Positions 22,971 through 35,399 of a stretch of DNA of 64,000 bases are shown here, piece by piece; position 1 is the first letter of the stretch; each line of letters begins with the position of its first letter. The notes beneath the pieces are model-generated. The model had not been told where the DNA came from. It saw only the letters and a program-made list of their open reading frames with translations, and made no database searches. The position numbers were made by a program, and so were the translations under genes. Location: the NCBI RefSeq assembly GCF_009834535.1, contig NC_045697.1, forward strand, positions 51,090,001 to 51,154,000. Reading direction: 5' to 3'. Source of the DNA: Camelus ferus. Taxonomy: Eukaryota.

Positions 22971-25900
22971 AAATTGTTTGACTAAATCCCTTACGTATGT
23001 TTGCCATCTGGAACTGTTTTCTCTACAAGACCTTGTCAATTCATTAAAGTTATGTAAAACACCTTATCAATTTTTACATAAGAGTTTAAACGATTTGTAC
23101 CATTACCATGTCCTCCGTCTGTGATTTGTCATTTGAACATTTTAGTTTCAATATTTGCAAAAATTTAACCGAACCAAAGACTTAGCTCAGAAATAAGACA
23201 TACTAAAAAAGAGCTAAGCTCCAAACTGTATCTATTACTAATTTCAAATATGCTTTTACTGATAAGTAATGAAAAATGTACAGACACACACACACATATT
23301 AGAGGGCTTCCATGCCTTTTCATTCTTCTGAAACCGTTTTGTCCGAAAAAGCTGACGTTTCAGATGCAAACTAAGAAAAAGCCATAGCAACAGTAACAAC
23401 TCAAATGGGTATTCAGAAGTCCTACATTTTCATCTCAGCTCTAGCCCACATGTGATCCAGTCCCTGGCACAAAGTACTCAGAGGCAATGTGGGTATCTGT
23501 CATAAAACTTTCAGTTAAGAAGACATGAGGAAGAAAATGGATGCAATGGCAGTAATGATGATCTTTGCCATCATAATATACACAGGACAGGCTGAGTCTG
23601 ATTATAACTTTAGTGGTTATAAGAATCCTAGATCTTCTTTACCAGGCATCATATTCTTTCCATCCCTATTTCATACTTTTTTCCTTTCTCCCTTTTGGAT
23701 AAATTATGTCAATTTTTCTTTTTGCTTCCAAGAAAAAGTAGGCATCTTTCATTTGAAGTAAGTGTTCAACCCAAGTTTTTTCCTTATGAGTCTTCTGAGA
23801 AGGTCTGACCAAACATGGAATTCTTATCATTGGATATAATTGTATTACCAATTCACAGAATCAGACCTTTGTCATTCATATATATACTTTGTGCATATTT
23901 TTTATTTAACAAGTGAAAATAATAATAGTCTCTCTATCTAATTTGCACTGCAATATTATATTGTAATATAACGGTAAAAATAGAAAACAAAAAAAAAATC
24001 AAATTCACTGTGATTCTAGAAACTTAAAATTGAAAGTCCTATGTTTAATGAAGGTCCCATAGTTTCCAAATATAAAATTGAAAAGTCCTGAAGGAATCTT
24101 TCCTTGGAGTATCAATAATGTGTTTTCCACGTGTGTATCCTTTTTAAAGATTAACAGATGGTTGAGAAATTAAAATATTTAATTCTTAACACTATCTGCT
24201 TAAAACTTATCTTAATTAATAAAAAACCCTTGAACATTTGCATTTTATGGTTCCCAAAGTAAGGATACTTACATTTTTCTCGTATTAATTCTAAATGTAC
24301 ATGCTGTACTGAGAAGAATAAAACTATACAATTGTTGGTTATTTCTAAATATTCTGTTCTTCAACCTTTTAAACTCATATTCAGTTAGTCATCGAAGGAA
24401 AATGGTATGAGAGTAAATGTAATTATTTAAAACAAGAGTTATAAATATGGCTTACAGACTCTAGTTTCTAGGTAAATAGGAAACTAGCTCCAAAAATTTT
24501 TCAATGTTCTCCCATTTTTATGGGTGAAATTTAAAGAGAGAGTGGTTAAGAAGATTACTTCAATATGGAAGGAACAATAATGTACTGATCATTTAGAAGA
24601 GAAAAAAATAACAGTTGAAATACAACTGGGATTAAACCTGACCCTTTATCCCTTTTGTCCAGTATTTTTAAAGCACTCATGTTGACAGATAGAAAAAGCA
24701 CAGTTTTGAAATAGATGAAATCTCTCTTGGGACCAGTTCCCCACTTCTTTGCTAACCCATCATAACCTTAAACCTATGCCCTCTGACTACTCTCTGCATT
24801 CCTGAAGCTTCTCACCATGTCATTCAAATCACGTTTCCCTCCATCTGTCCATCTTCTTGGTCCAGTCCTTATGTCATCTCCTTTTGTGATAGGTTACTAC
24901 TTCTGGGTTGCTTTCTTTTAGAAATAAAGTGAAACATATGCATTAAAATGTGACAACCATGTCTGATAATAGCCTCAGTATTTAAACAGAGACTTTCCTG
25001 AAACAACTACTTAACCCAAAGTCATTCCAAAATATGGGAAATTGGATTTATTTGGAGAGAAAGCTAAGAACGTAAAAATCTTTTCTTAGCGTTCTTCCTA
25101 CTGTACTAAGGACATGTGTGTGGATGTCCACATCCATGGACAGGTAAGATAAATCCTATCTATCATTGAAGGCCCTGGACTGCTTTCTAACAAATACAGA
25201 AGGGTAGAAAAGTGAAAGACCATTAACCATCAAACTAGCCAATTGAAACATGGTAAGCAATTTAATTTCTTATTCACTTGTGAAGATACATTTCCCATTA
25301 AAAAATAAGAAAATTGTCCAACATGTATAAACTCTTTTGGCATTTCTAATGCAAAAAAATTGTAATATAATCCAAATATCAACTTTCCCCTCATCTCCCT
25401 CCATAAACCATCCCTCTAAAATACCCACTTGCATTAGTGGGAAAACTCTTTGCTGAAAATGTCACAGAAGACAAAGAAAAGAAAGTTCACATTATAAAAA
25501 CCACACTAGATGACCATCATTGGTTTGTCCCATCTCTTAAATCCTTCTCTCTTCAAAACTCTAATGGTAGGATGGTTCCTTATTCCACCTTTCCTCATAT
25601 TACACTGGGTCTCTAGAATTTAAGTCTACTTTCACTCAGATTTCTTAACAATTTATTTCAAACTTCTCAACTCTTTACTATACAGTTTAATTCAAATCAC
25701 TGTCAATTTCTAGCTCCAAACTCAAACACACAGATCTGTATATATTTTTATGACACATGGGTCAAGTTGGATTAAATTATCTTTAAGGTCCCATCTACCT
25801 TGAACATTCTGTGATTCCATATTACCAATGAAACAGTCATAAGATGAGAAAAGGTCCTGACTGTGAGAATGAATATATCAAGTTAGGGAATTGGGATCCA

Positions 25901-26023
25901 AATCTGAGAATATGTTCATTGCTAACTTGCCCAGTGGCCCCTCAGGCATTACCCTCTGTCTAGTTCAGGTTAACATTTTTAAGAAATGGAAAGGTCTTGA
26001 AGTGAGTTTGGTGGTCCCGCAGA

Positions 26024-26060
26024 TCTGTCTCTTGCTTCAACAGTGTTTGGGCGGAACAGA
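26024..26060 (+). promoter_or_regulatory. Iron-responsive element (IRE) hairpin of the FTL 5' UTR
   Basis: TTG-C-TTCAA-CAGTGT-TTGGG-CGG: CAGUGU loop at 26041-26046, bulged C at 26035, 5-bp upper stem (two G-U pairs). Confidence 0.9.
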
Positions 26061-26206
26061 CCCAGGAACGCCCCTTGCTCCAGCCTCTAACCACCCTTCA
26101 ACCTTTTTTCCAGTTGCATCCTTCAGAACCAGCCACTGTGCTGTGTTCAGCCTCTGGGACCAGCCAACACCATTTTGCGAGCTTAAATCCTTATTACCCA
26201 TCAACC

Positions 26207-26734
26207 ATGAGCTCCCAGATTCGTCAGAATTATTCCAGCGAGGTTGAGGCCTCTGTCAACCATCTGGTCAACATGCATCTGCGGGCCTCCTACAACTACC
26301 TCTCTCTGGGCTTCTATTTCAACCGAGACGATGTGGCTCTGGAGGACACTGGCCACTTTTTCCACGAATTGGCTGAGGAGAAGCGCGACGGTGCCGAGTG
26401 TCTCTTGAAAATGCAAAACCAGCGCAGCGGCCATGCCCTCTTCCAGGACGTGCAGAAGCCATCTCAAGATGAGTGGGGTAAAACCCAGGATGCTATGGAA
26501 GCTGCTACTGTCCTGGAGAAGAACCTGAACCAGGCCCTTTTGGATCTGCATTCCCTGGGTTCTGCCCACGCATACCCACATCTCTGTGACTTCCTGGAGA
26601 ACCACTTCCTGGATGAGGAGGTGAAACTCATCAAGAAGATGGGTGACCACCTGACTAACCTCCGCAGGCTCTCTGGTCCCCAGGCTGGGCTGGGTGAGTG
26701 TCTCTTCGAAAGGCTCTCCCTCAAGCACGACTAG
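26207..26734 (+). CDS. FTL: Uninterrupted 175-aa ferritin light chain-like ORF within the retrocopy (expression unknown)
   Basis: [38 protein letters not shown]...FERLSLKHD*; Kozak ACCATGA; no stop or frameshift. Confidence 0.6.
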   Translation: MSSQIRQNYSSEVEASVNHLVNMHLRASYNYLSLGFYFNRDDVALEDTGHFFHELAEEKRDGAECLLKMQNQRSGHALFQDVQKPSQDEWGKTQDAMEAATVLEKNLNQALLDLHSLGSAHAYPHLCDFLENHFLDEEVKLIKKMGDHLTNLRRLSGPQAGLGECLFERLSLKHD

Positions 26735-26889
26735 GAGTCTCTGCAACCCAGCGGCCTTTACGGAGCCCCTCTGGTGTCATGGCTTCTGCCTGAAGCCTCT
26801 CTGCAGTTACCAGGCAGCTTTTTAACTATCCTGGAGCCCTCTCCCAAGCCTTGGACCAAATAGAAACAATAAAGCTTTTTGCAACGGCT

Positions 26890-26890
<1 letters not shown>

Positions 26891-26952
<62 letters not shown>

Positions 26953-26954
26953 AA
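26891..26954 (+). repeat. (GAAA)16 microsatellite derived from the retrocopy poly(A) tail
   Basis: Counted directly: 64 nt. Confidence 0.97.
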
Positions 26955-27902
26955 TGGAAAGGTCTTTACCTTGTCTAAATTATAGAAATAAAATGACACT
27001 TCCTAGTATTTTTATCATTTCCCCAAGAAAAATGTAACTAATGCCTGAAATCCGTATTTATCCACTCTTTGCATAAGTTAACAACAAAGGGTCTATAAAC
27101 ATAGAAATTGAAATTAGTGCTAGTAACTCCCATCATAATAATAGCTACAGATGGAAATCAAACAGAAATTAATCCACTGCTGAGAATTTATATTCCGTAC
27201 TTTTTTTCAAACGTAATTCAAGAGACTTACTATTTAAAAAAGAGATTACAAAATGAAACTATTTTTTAACCTTTTATAAAACAACAAAGGTGGTGTGGCT
27301 AAAATATGCCTATGTTAACACTTCTGTGGATCAAACTTAGAAAGTTTTTATTAAAGGATAAGCTTTTTTCCTCCTTGATGTCTTTTAAAGCTTACAATTT
27401 ATCAGATGTTTTAAAATCTCCCAATGCTGGACTTTTACTAAAACTTCTCTGGTCTGTCATCCAGCTGAGACTTGAAATTTGTCTTGAAATTCTTGTCAGC
27501 TTTTCAAGAATCTATGTATGGGCTAACATCAAGAAATGAATTATTTGATCTAAAAAAACTTGTAACTTTTGAGAAATATACCAAATAAATAATTGGCCTA
27601 GTTTTCTTTCTTTTAAGGGAAATTCATCTCTAGCCTAATTATAATAAACTATGTAACATAAATAGTTTCAAAATGATTTTAAGTATAATTATTGCACATA
27701 ATAAGCATTGAATTGTTCAAAATTAGTTTTTCATTACATAGACATTGAAAAGAACAAAATTCTTTTATTAGAATAATACAGGTTTGCAAAAATATTTATT
27801 TGATAAAAACATGTTGCAATAAAAATATGCATTCAATAGCATAAAGAAGTAACTTCAATAACATATGATGTTGACAATGGCACTCTCTTTCCAAAATTCT
27901 CC

Positions 27903-28190
27903 TTTTTGGGGTGGTAATTAGGTTTACTTATTTTAATTATTCTTTTTAATAAGGTACAGGGGATTGAACCCAGGATCTTGTGCATGCTAAGCATACGCTC
28001 TACCACGTGAGCTATAAATTCCCTCCTTTTTTGTTTGTTTTGGTTTTTTGTTTGTTTTTGGTTTTTTTGAGGGGGGAGGTAATTAGGTTTATTTATTTAT
28101 TTGTTCATTTTTAATGAAGGTACTGGGATTGAACCCAGGACCTTGAGCATGTTAAGCACACATTCTACCACTGAGCTATACCCTCTCCCC
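27903..28190 (-). mobile_element. Two head-to-tail Vic-1-like tRNA-derived SINEs
   Basis: Two copies of (+ strand) GGTAATTAGGTTTA...GGGATTGAACCCAGGA...GCATG(C/T)TAAGCA...CTACCAC...TGAGCTATA, separated by a T/G-rich tail. Confidence 0.87.
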
Positions 28191-28599
28191 AAAATGCTTC
28201 TGATTCAAAGTTGTGCAATATTCAGTATATTTAATATCAATAGCTTAAATTATTAGATGAAATAAATACAATTACTATTTCAGTTCAATTTCAATTTTTA
28301 TGTTTATATTAGATAGCCATTCATTAAAATTATGTAAATTAGCTTCTCAGCATTTAATGTCTTGAAAGCAAATGACTGTTATCGATGAGTTCAAATTTTT
28401 CTTCACTATTACATGGAATATTGGCAAAAAGTGCACATCAAGAATCATGGTATCTAAAAGTAAACATTGTCCTAGCATCAACAAACCCACTATTTACTTA
28501 GGAACACCAGGCTTCTTGCTGACAGGGCACAATTCTGAAAACAATGTTTGAGACTTGTTTTATTACTGATTACTTAGAGCAGCACCACCTGGTCTTTCA

Positions 28600-30517
28600 T
28601 TCATGCTCAGAATGCATGAGTGCTCACTAAATGCCTAGCATTGCCTAGGCTCTGAGGAAACAAAAGATTAATAAGACAGTCTTGAAGTTCTTGAAGACTT
28701 CCCTAGGTCCTGAAGCCCATAGTTTAAATTGGGAAGATAGACACATAGAAAGTAATTACAATGCAACATTGTAAAGTATTGTGCATGTAGAACCTGAGGT
28801 ACTCCTGGGCTGATAAGAAGTGTCAGAGGAGAAGCTCTAAATTCAAGGGCAGTCTCATGCATAAATAAGATGTGTGGGCTCTAACCCCTTCAGCTAACGG
28901 TGCAACTCGACAGACTATAAAGCTTCAAATTTGTATTCTCTGGGTTCCTTTTTGCTTGTGAAGGAACTTCACCTAAAGAAATGGAATGTGTAGGTAGAGG
29001 ACTGAGAGAAGGAGGGTACAAATATGTGTAATTTCTAAATGATAAAAAGCCAAAATGTAGAAAGCAAAGAGTTAGGCCCGAGTTTAGAAGACAATGAAAT
29101 TTCCTGCAGGAGTAAAAAGAAAGGCAGGCTGGTAGGCAGGAAAGAAAAGCTGAATTTGCAATTATTTGGATTTGCAGGCAAAGCTAGGGATGAGATTGAT
29201 CATTTTAATATTATAAAGCCCAAAGAAATATATTGTCCTTGTAGAAAGCTACAAAACCTCTATGGGGAAATAGTTCCATTATTTAGTGATAAAACAGTGT
29301 TCCTGCTTGAAGCCATATTTATTTAACAATTCCATGTGCCTGGAAGTCTGAGAGGGCTTTTCCAAAGACATGACTTTTAAATTGAGAATTTTTTAAGTGG
29401 GCATGAAGTAAAAGGAAGAAAATAACCTTCCAGGCACAGGAGACAGAAAGCGCAAAGAATGCTTGAGAAAAGAAAGAGCATGAAAGAAACTGAGAGAGTC
29501 TAGACACAGAGTTAAGGGGAAGCACAGTGTGAGATGAGATGTGAGAGTAGCTGGCTTTGTACGTCATCTTAGCTACAGTAGTATTTTTGGTTTCTGTTCT
29601 AAAAGCAGTGAGAAGTTGAATGATTTTATTAGCCCAATGACATAATCTGATTTATGCTTCAGAAGATTACTCTGGCTGCAGTGTAAGGAGGAGACTAGAA
29701 AAGGCAAGAGTATATACAGGAAGACTAGCCAGGGGATGATGCAATAGTTCTAGCAACAGGTGATGAGATCTTGGGCTACATCAAAGGAACAGAAATGGAG
29801 AGAAGTAGACAGGCCGAACAGATATTTAGGAGTGATACTGGTCTAGAACCCAAGCAAGAGATCCCCTTCTCTAAAATCCATGCTTTCAAAGGCCTCCGCT
29901 GGCTTCTTCCAGCTATTTTCTGCCCCAGCTATATTCTGCTTCTAGCTGTGCTCATCACAAAATCAAGGGTATGTTCTCTTCCTTTTCTAGATCATGATTC
30001 AGGTACCCTAATCCTTGAACTCCCTGTGCAAATGGCTCTGGACCACTTCTAGACCCAGAGAGGCCTCTTACATGAGTACATCTTCCCATGGGCAGACCAT
30101 ATCACTGATGCATTTACTCCTACGCCTGAGTAGTGTCCATGAGGCAAATTTTGGAGGATGTATGGACAGAGCTGGGACATAATGAGTGGAGTTTCCACAA
30201 GTTCATAAATAAGGCCCCTTCATAGTATAGGAGGAAGCCAGGGATAGGCAGAAGAAAGAGGGGGGCCAGACATGGGTGCTGGTCCTCCCCAGCACAAAAC
30301 TCCAAGGAGATAAAATTAGCAGGACTTAATGGACTGAAAATGGGTGGTGAGGAAAACAGAGGTGTCATGATTATTTCTAGCTTTCTGCCTTGTACAATAC
30401 AATGGTGTGACATGACTTACTGGTCTAAGAAGCATTGGACAAAGACCAGAACTATGTAGGAATATTATTAGTATGATTTGGACATGTTTGATTTCAGGCA
30501 TCTTTGAGAAATCTGAG
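28600..30517 (-). mobile_element. Degenerate L2 fragments (continuing at ~32610-33070 beyond the L1); possible LTR-like insert ~29850-30310
   Basis: TTCATTCATGC...TGAGTGCTCACTAAATGCC, GACATAATCTGATTTATGCTTCAGAAGATTACTCTGGCTGCAGTG and TTTGGACATGTTTGATTT L2-type motifs. Confidence 0.6.
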
Positions 30518-30532
30518 AAGGGATGTCGAAAA

Positions 30533-32595
30533 CAAGAAAAAGAAATATAAGGGATTCAAATTGGTAAGGAAGAAGTAAAACTGTCACTGTTTGCAGATAA
30601 CATGATATTATACATAGAAAATTCTAAAGATGCTACCAGAAAACTACTAGAGCTCATTAATGAATTTGGTAAAGTTGCAGGATACAAAATTAATATACAG
30701 AATCTGTTGCATTTCCATACACTAACAACAAACTATCAGAAAAAAATTAAGAAAACAATCCCATTTATAATCACATCAAAAAAGAATAAAATAACTAGGA
30801 ATAAATTTGTCTCTGGAAAGCTGTAAGAAATTGAGGATGACACAAGCAGAAGCAGAGGTATACAGGGTTCAAGAATTTGGAGAAATTAATATTGTTAGAA
30901 TGACAGTATTACTCGAGGCAATCTATGGGTTCAATGTAGTTCCTATCAAAACAGTAAGGCCATTTTTCACAGAACTAGAACAAATAATTTTAAAATTTGT
31001 ATGCAAACACACAAGATCCCAAATAGCCAAAACAATCTTGAGAAAGAAGAATGGAGCTGAGGGAATCACACTCTCTGACTTCAGACTGTACTACAGAGCT
31101 ACAGTAATCAAAAGAGCATGGTATTGGCATAAAAACAGACATGCAGATCAATGGGACAGCATAGAGAGCCCAGAAATAAAGCCACACACACATGGTCAAC
31201 TAATCCATGACAAAAGAGGCAAAAATATAAAATGGGGAAAAACATTCTTTTTAATAATAAGTGATGTTGGGAAAACTGGACATCACCATGTAAAAAAATG
31301 AAATTAGAACATTTTCTCACATCGTATACAAAAATAAACTCAAAATGGATTAAAGACCCAACTGTAAGATGAGAAATAATAAAACTACTAGATAAAAACA
31401 TAGGCAGGACACTCTTTGACATAAATTGTAGCAATATCATCCATCTCCTAAGACAGAAATAAAGAAATGAGACCTAATTAAACTTAAAAGCTTTTGCACT
31501 GCAAAGGAAACCATCAACAAAAGAAAAAGACAACATACTGAGTGGGAGAAAATATTTGCAAATGATATGACTGATAAGGGATTGATATCCAAAATATATA
31601 AACAGCTCATACAACTCAAAATCAAAAAAAGAAACAACCTCATTTAAAAATGGGCAGAAGAGCTGAATAGACATTTTTCTGGAGAATACATACGGATGGC
31701 TAATAGGTACATGAAAAGATGCTAAATATCTCCAATCATTAGGAAATGCAAATCAAATCCACAGTGAGATATCACCTCATACCTGTCAGAATGGCTATCA
31801 TAAAAAAAACTGCAAAAAACAAATGTTGGCAGGGATGCGGAGAAAAGGGAATACTTGTATACTGTTGGCTGTACTGTTGGTGCAGCCTCTGTGGAAAACA
31901 GTATGAAGGTTCCTCAAAAAACTGAAAATAGAATAGCTCTGGACCTCTTCTAGACCCAGAGAGGCCTCTTACATGAGTACATATAAGATTTATGATCCAG
32001 CAATTGCACACCTAGGTACATATCCCCCCCTAAAAAATGAAAGCACTATTTCAAAAATATACATGCACCCCAATGTGCACAGAAGCATTGTTTACAATTG
32101 CCAAGATATGGAAGCAACCTAAGTGTCCCTCAACAAACAATGGATAAAGACACATATATATAATAGAATACTACTGAGCCATAAAAAGGCAATAAATTTT
32201 GCTATTTGCAACAAACATGGATATACCTGGAGGGTTTTATGCTTAATGAAATAAGTCAGACAGAGAAAGAGAAATACTATATGTTATCACTTTTATGTGG
32301 AATCTAAAAAACAAAAAAGAAATAGACTCACAGATGTAGAGAATAAACTAGTGATTGTCAGCATGGGGAGGGAAGGGAGGAGGGGCAAGATGGGGTAGAG
32401 GATTATGAGGTACAAACCACTATGTGTAAAACAAGCTACAAGGTATTGTACATCACAGGGAATATAGCCAATATTTTATAATAATGATCAATGGAATATA
32501 ATCTTTAAAAAATGTGAATCGCTATGTTGTACACCTGAAACTTATATAATATTATAAATCAACTATACTTCAATAAATTAAAAAATAAAGTGATA
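30533..32595 (+). mobile_element. 5'-truncated L1 (ORF2 RT/C-terminal region plus 3' UTR), frameshifted; degenerate 15-bp TSD 30518-30532 / 32596-32610
   Basis: Frames [31 protein letters not shown] and [12 protein letters not shown]...[19 protein letters not shown] are L1 ORF2; AATAAA and A tail at the 3' end. Confidence 0.95.
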
Positions 32596-35399
32596 AAAGG
32601 ACATTGAAAAAAAGAGAGACATTCAGGTAGATAGTTACAGAGTTTAGAGGTCAGAGGCAAGGCCTAAGCTTGGAATATTATTTGCGAGTCATCAAACAGT
32701 GCAAGATTGAGATAGCCAGGGAAGAGAATAGCATGGGACAAGGAGAAGCCTGTTATGGAGTCTTGAGAAAGATCAAAGATCAAAGAACAGGTGGCCAGAG
32801 AAGAGGCAGTGTTATTATACCAGGGAATCCAAGGGAAGAGAATGTTTACGGTGAAATAGGTAAAGAGTTACAAATACTACTGACAGGCATAGTAGACAAG
32901 AACTGGGAAAAAAAAATTGTTACTAATGTCCTTAATAGAACTGTTTCAATAGAATGATGAGACCAAAAACCAGACTGGAGTGGCTGGAAAAGTAAATTGG
33001 AGTCGTGGAATAAATAAGCCCAGTATAGATAACTTCTCAAGAAATTTTGATGCCAAGGGAGGCAACTAAAGAGGGTTGAGAGTCACTGAAAATTTTTACT
33101 GATGAGCATTTAGAAGCCAATGACAAGGGTTCCACTGACTGTGGCTTTTATTTTCTCCGTAAGGGAAGGATTGCTGAGAATGAAGGTCTTGGAGTTGAAT
33201 ATTTGAGGCAAATGGAAAAAGTTGCAGCAGTCAAAAAACATGAGGGCATGCACTAGAGCAGAGAGACTTATTAGCTCGGGCTAAACTGAAAAGTAAGAAA
33301 AGTCTGTTTGTGGTACTCATCTCCCTCTCCAGGCCCTCACTGTGGTCCGTGATAAATCCTCTCTCCCATTCCACTGCCCTCTGAACACCTCAAATGCATG
33401 TCCTGGATGCACTCCAGTATTACTTTTCTCTTAGGTGCCCCAAGACCCCTACTGGCACCCACCTCTACTCTATGTGCCTCCTCCCTAGTGGGTACCTCAT
33501 GCCAAAACTGTCATTTCTGAATTTGTGGGCAAATTCAAGTGGGTGTTAAAGATAAACAACTTTATTAAACTAACTCCACAAAATCTAAGTCTTTTTTTTT
33601 AAATCTCAGTCCCATGCCCCAAATTTCCTCAATAGTCTATTCCATGTACAAAACCACACCTAATCTTTTTAGAAATAGAGGCATTTTAGAAGGTCTGCTG
33701 CTCTGTCAGTGAATTCCTAGTGGAATCTCAGACAGGTAACCAAGTGACGAACAGACCCTGAGGCAGTGGTTCCATAGTTCTTCAACTCTCACCATGCAGG
33801 TCCTGCCCCACCAGGACAGAGGTTAACTGATCCTTGTAAATAGCCCTCACGGCCTGAACTTTGGTACTCGAACTTTGGAATGTCTATTTGGTTGTTCAGA
33901 AACTTATTTTTCTCTTTTTCTTTTTTGGATCATTACGGTTGTTCAATCACTGTTTCTTTACAATTGAAATGCTGCAATTTATGTCCTACATCCCCAGTAT
34001 AACAAGGTCCTTGAAAGCGCACCCTGTGTGTTGTGCTCACTATATCTAACACCAGATCCAGTGCGTGCCTTGGATATGGAAGCCATTCCAAACTTTCATT
34101 GACTGTCAGTTTAATCTGACTGAGCAAGAGTCAACTGCACTCACGTGGTAAGAGGCCATGAGCAACTTGATATTGATACTGCATGTCCTCCCACATTTTT
34201 TGTATCTTATTGGTAGCAAATCTGGGAATTAGTTTAGTTAGAGGGATAAAATGGAGGCAAACATGTCAGCAGAGGCTGACTTACTTCAATCTTGACCCAC
34301 TAAAGAAGCTAACACATTCTTGCCATTAGGCATATGGAGATCTGTGTAAATAGCCCAATGTGATATCCCATTGGCCCAGCAGCCACACTCATTGCCCAGA
34401 CTGTTGCTCAATTCTTAGCCTGTTGCCATATGGCTGACACTTCTTTGCACTCCCCACCCAGATCCAAGTCCCAAGCCAATACTAATTCCCATTTATATTC
34501 TTTTGTATGCAGTTTAAGTGAGCAAACAAAGGGGGTACTGGACAAGTTCAAATATGAAAATCTTTCCAATGACTCAACCACCCTGTGAAGTAAGGCCGTG
34601 TACAGAGAAACTTAAGATCCCTTACCACACAAGTGCTATTACTTCTTCATCAGCCAAATTAAACTGACAGCTACAACAACCTAAATCAGTCCCTTCAGAG
34701 GTTTCTCTGGTTCATTTTGACTATACCTTAAAATTGTGAGCATATTCCTGGGAAATAGCAAATGTGGGATGTGTCTGCAAGGATGAGGAGGGGAGGGTAT
34801 GAGTAACACTCCTTTACTCAACAGGAAAACTCTGGTGTAGTCAGACATTAATACAGATACCCTTCTTTTTAAACTAAAACACGTTTTATGGGGAAAAATG
34901 ATTAGATTGCAGGCTGTTTCTAATATTCTTTGTTATCCACACTCCAGGGTATGTCTAGCTTATTCATGTGCTGCAGTCTCTGTTTGTAGCCATGATCATC
35001 TAAGAATTTCTATACCTGTGAACTTGAACTTATTTTCTAATGCCTTATGGCAAAATCCAAAATCTGTATTAGCTTACTCCTTATTGCCAAGAATCTCTAC
35101 AACCCACCAACCACAATAAGATCTTGATTTTCAATTACCTTTTGAACAGTTTTTCAAACAGGGTCACAAAAAATAAATTTTGTGTCATGACCAGCATTTT
35201 TTAGTAAAATAAAATAAACAGAATTGATCAGAATGTATTACATATAGTAGGATAAACATCATTTTGTGAAATGTTTGCTATATATGTCTGTATTAAGTCA
35301 TTAACTGAAGTGTAATTTTTACTATGGTCACTGTCAAGACACCTGAAGATTTATTCCTCCCCTTAAAATCCACTTGACATAAGTTCAGGATGTCAATAT

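Larger units (their letters stand above)
25999..26948 (+). pseudogene. FTL: Processed (retroposed) ferritin light chain copy: full 5' UTR, intronless ORF, 3' UTR, AATAAA (26868-26873), tail; 18-bp TSD AAGAAATGGAAAGGTCTT at 25981-25998 and 26949-26966
   Basis: Intronless FTL sequence with a perfect TSD, inserted at an L1 endonuclease-type TTTT/AA site. Confidence 0.96.

Noticed and set aside
26075..26206. 44-aa N-terminal extension of the FTL ORF in the ORF track
   Set aside because: Starts at TTG inside the normal FTL 5' UTR; the real Kozak ATG is at 26207.
26201..26746. 181-aa and 86-aa minus-strand ORFs over the FTL copy
   Set aside because: Antisense shadows of a GC3-rich coding sequence, with no independent support.
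30602..31301. ORFs with reverse-transcriptase-like sequence (also 50750-51030)
   Set aside because: Frameshifted fragments of 5'-truncated L1 ORF2, not genes.
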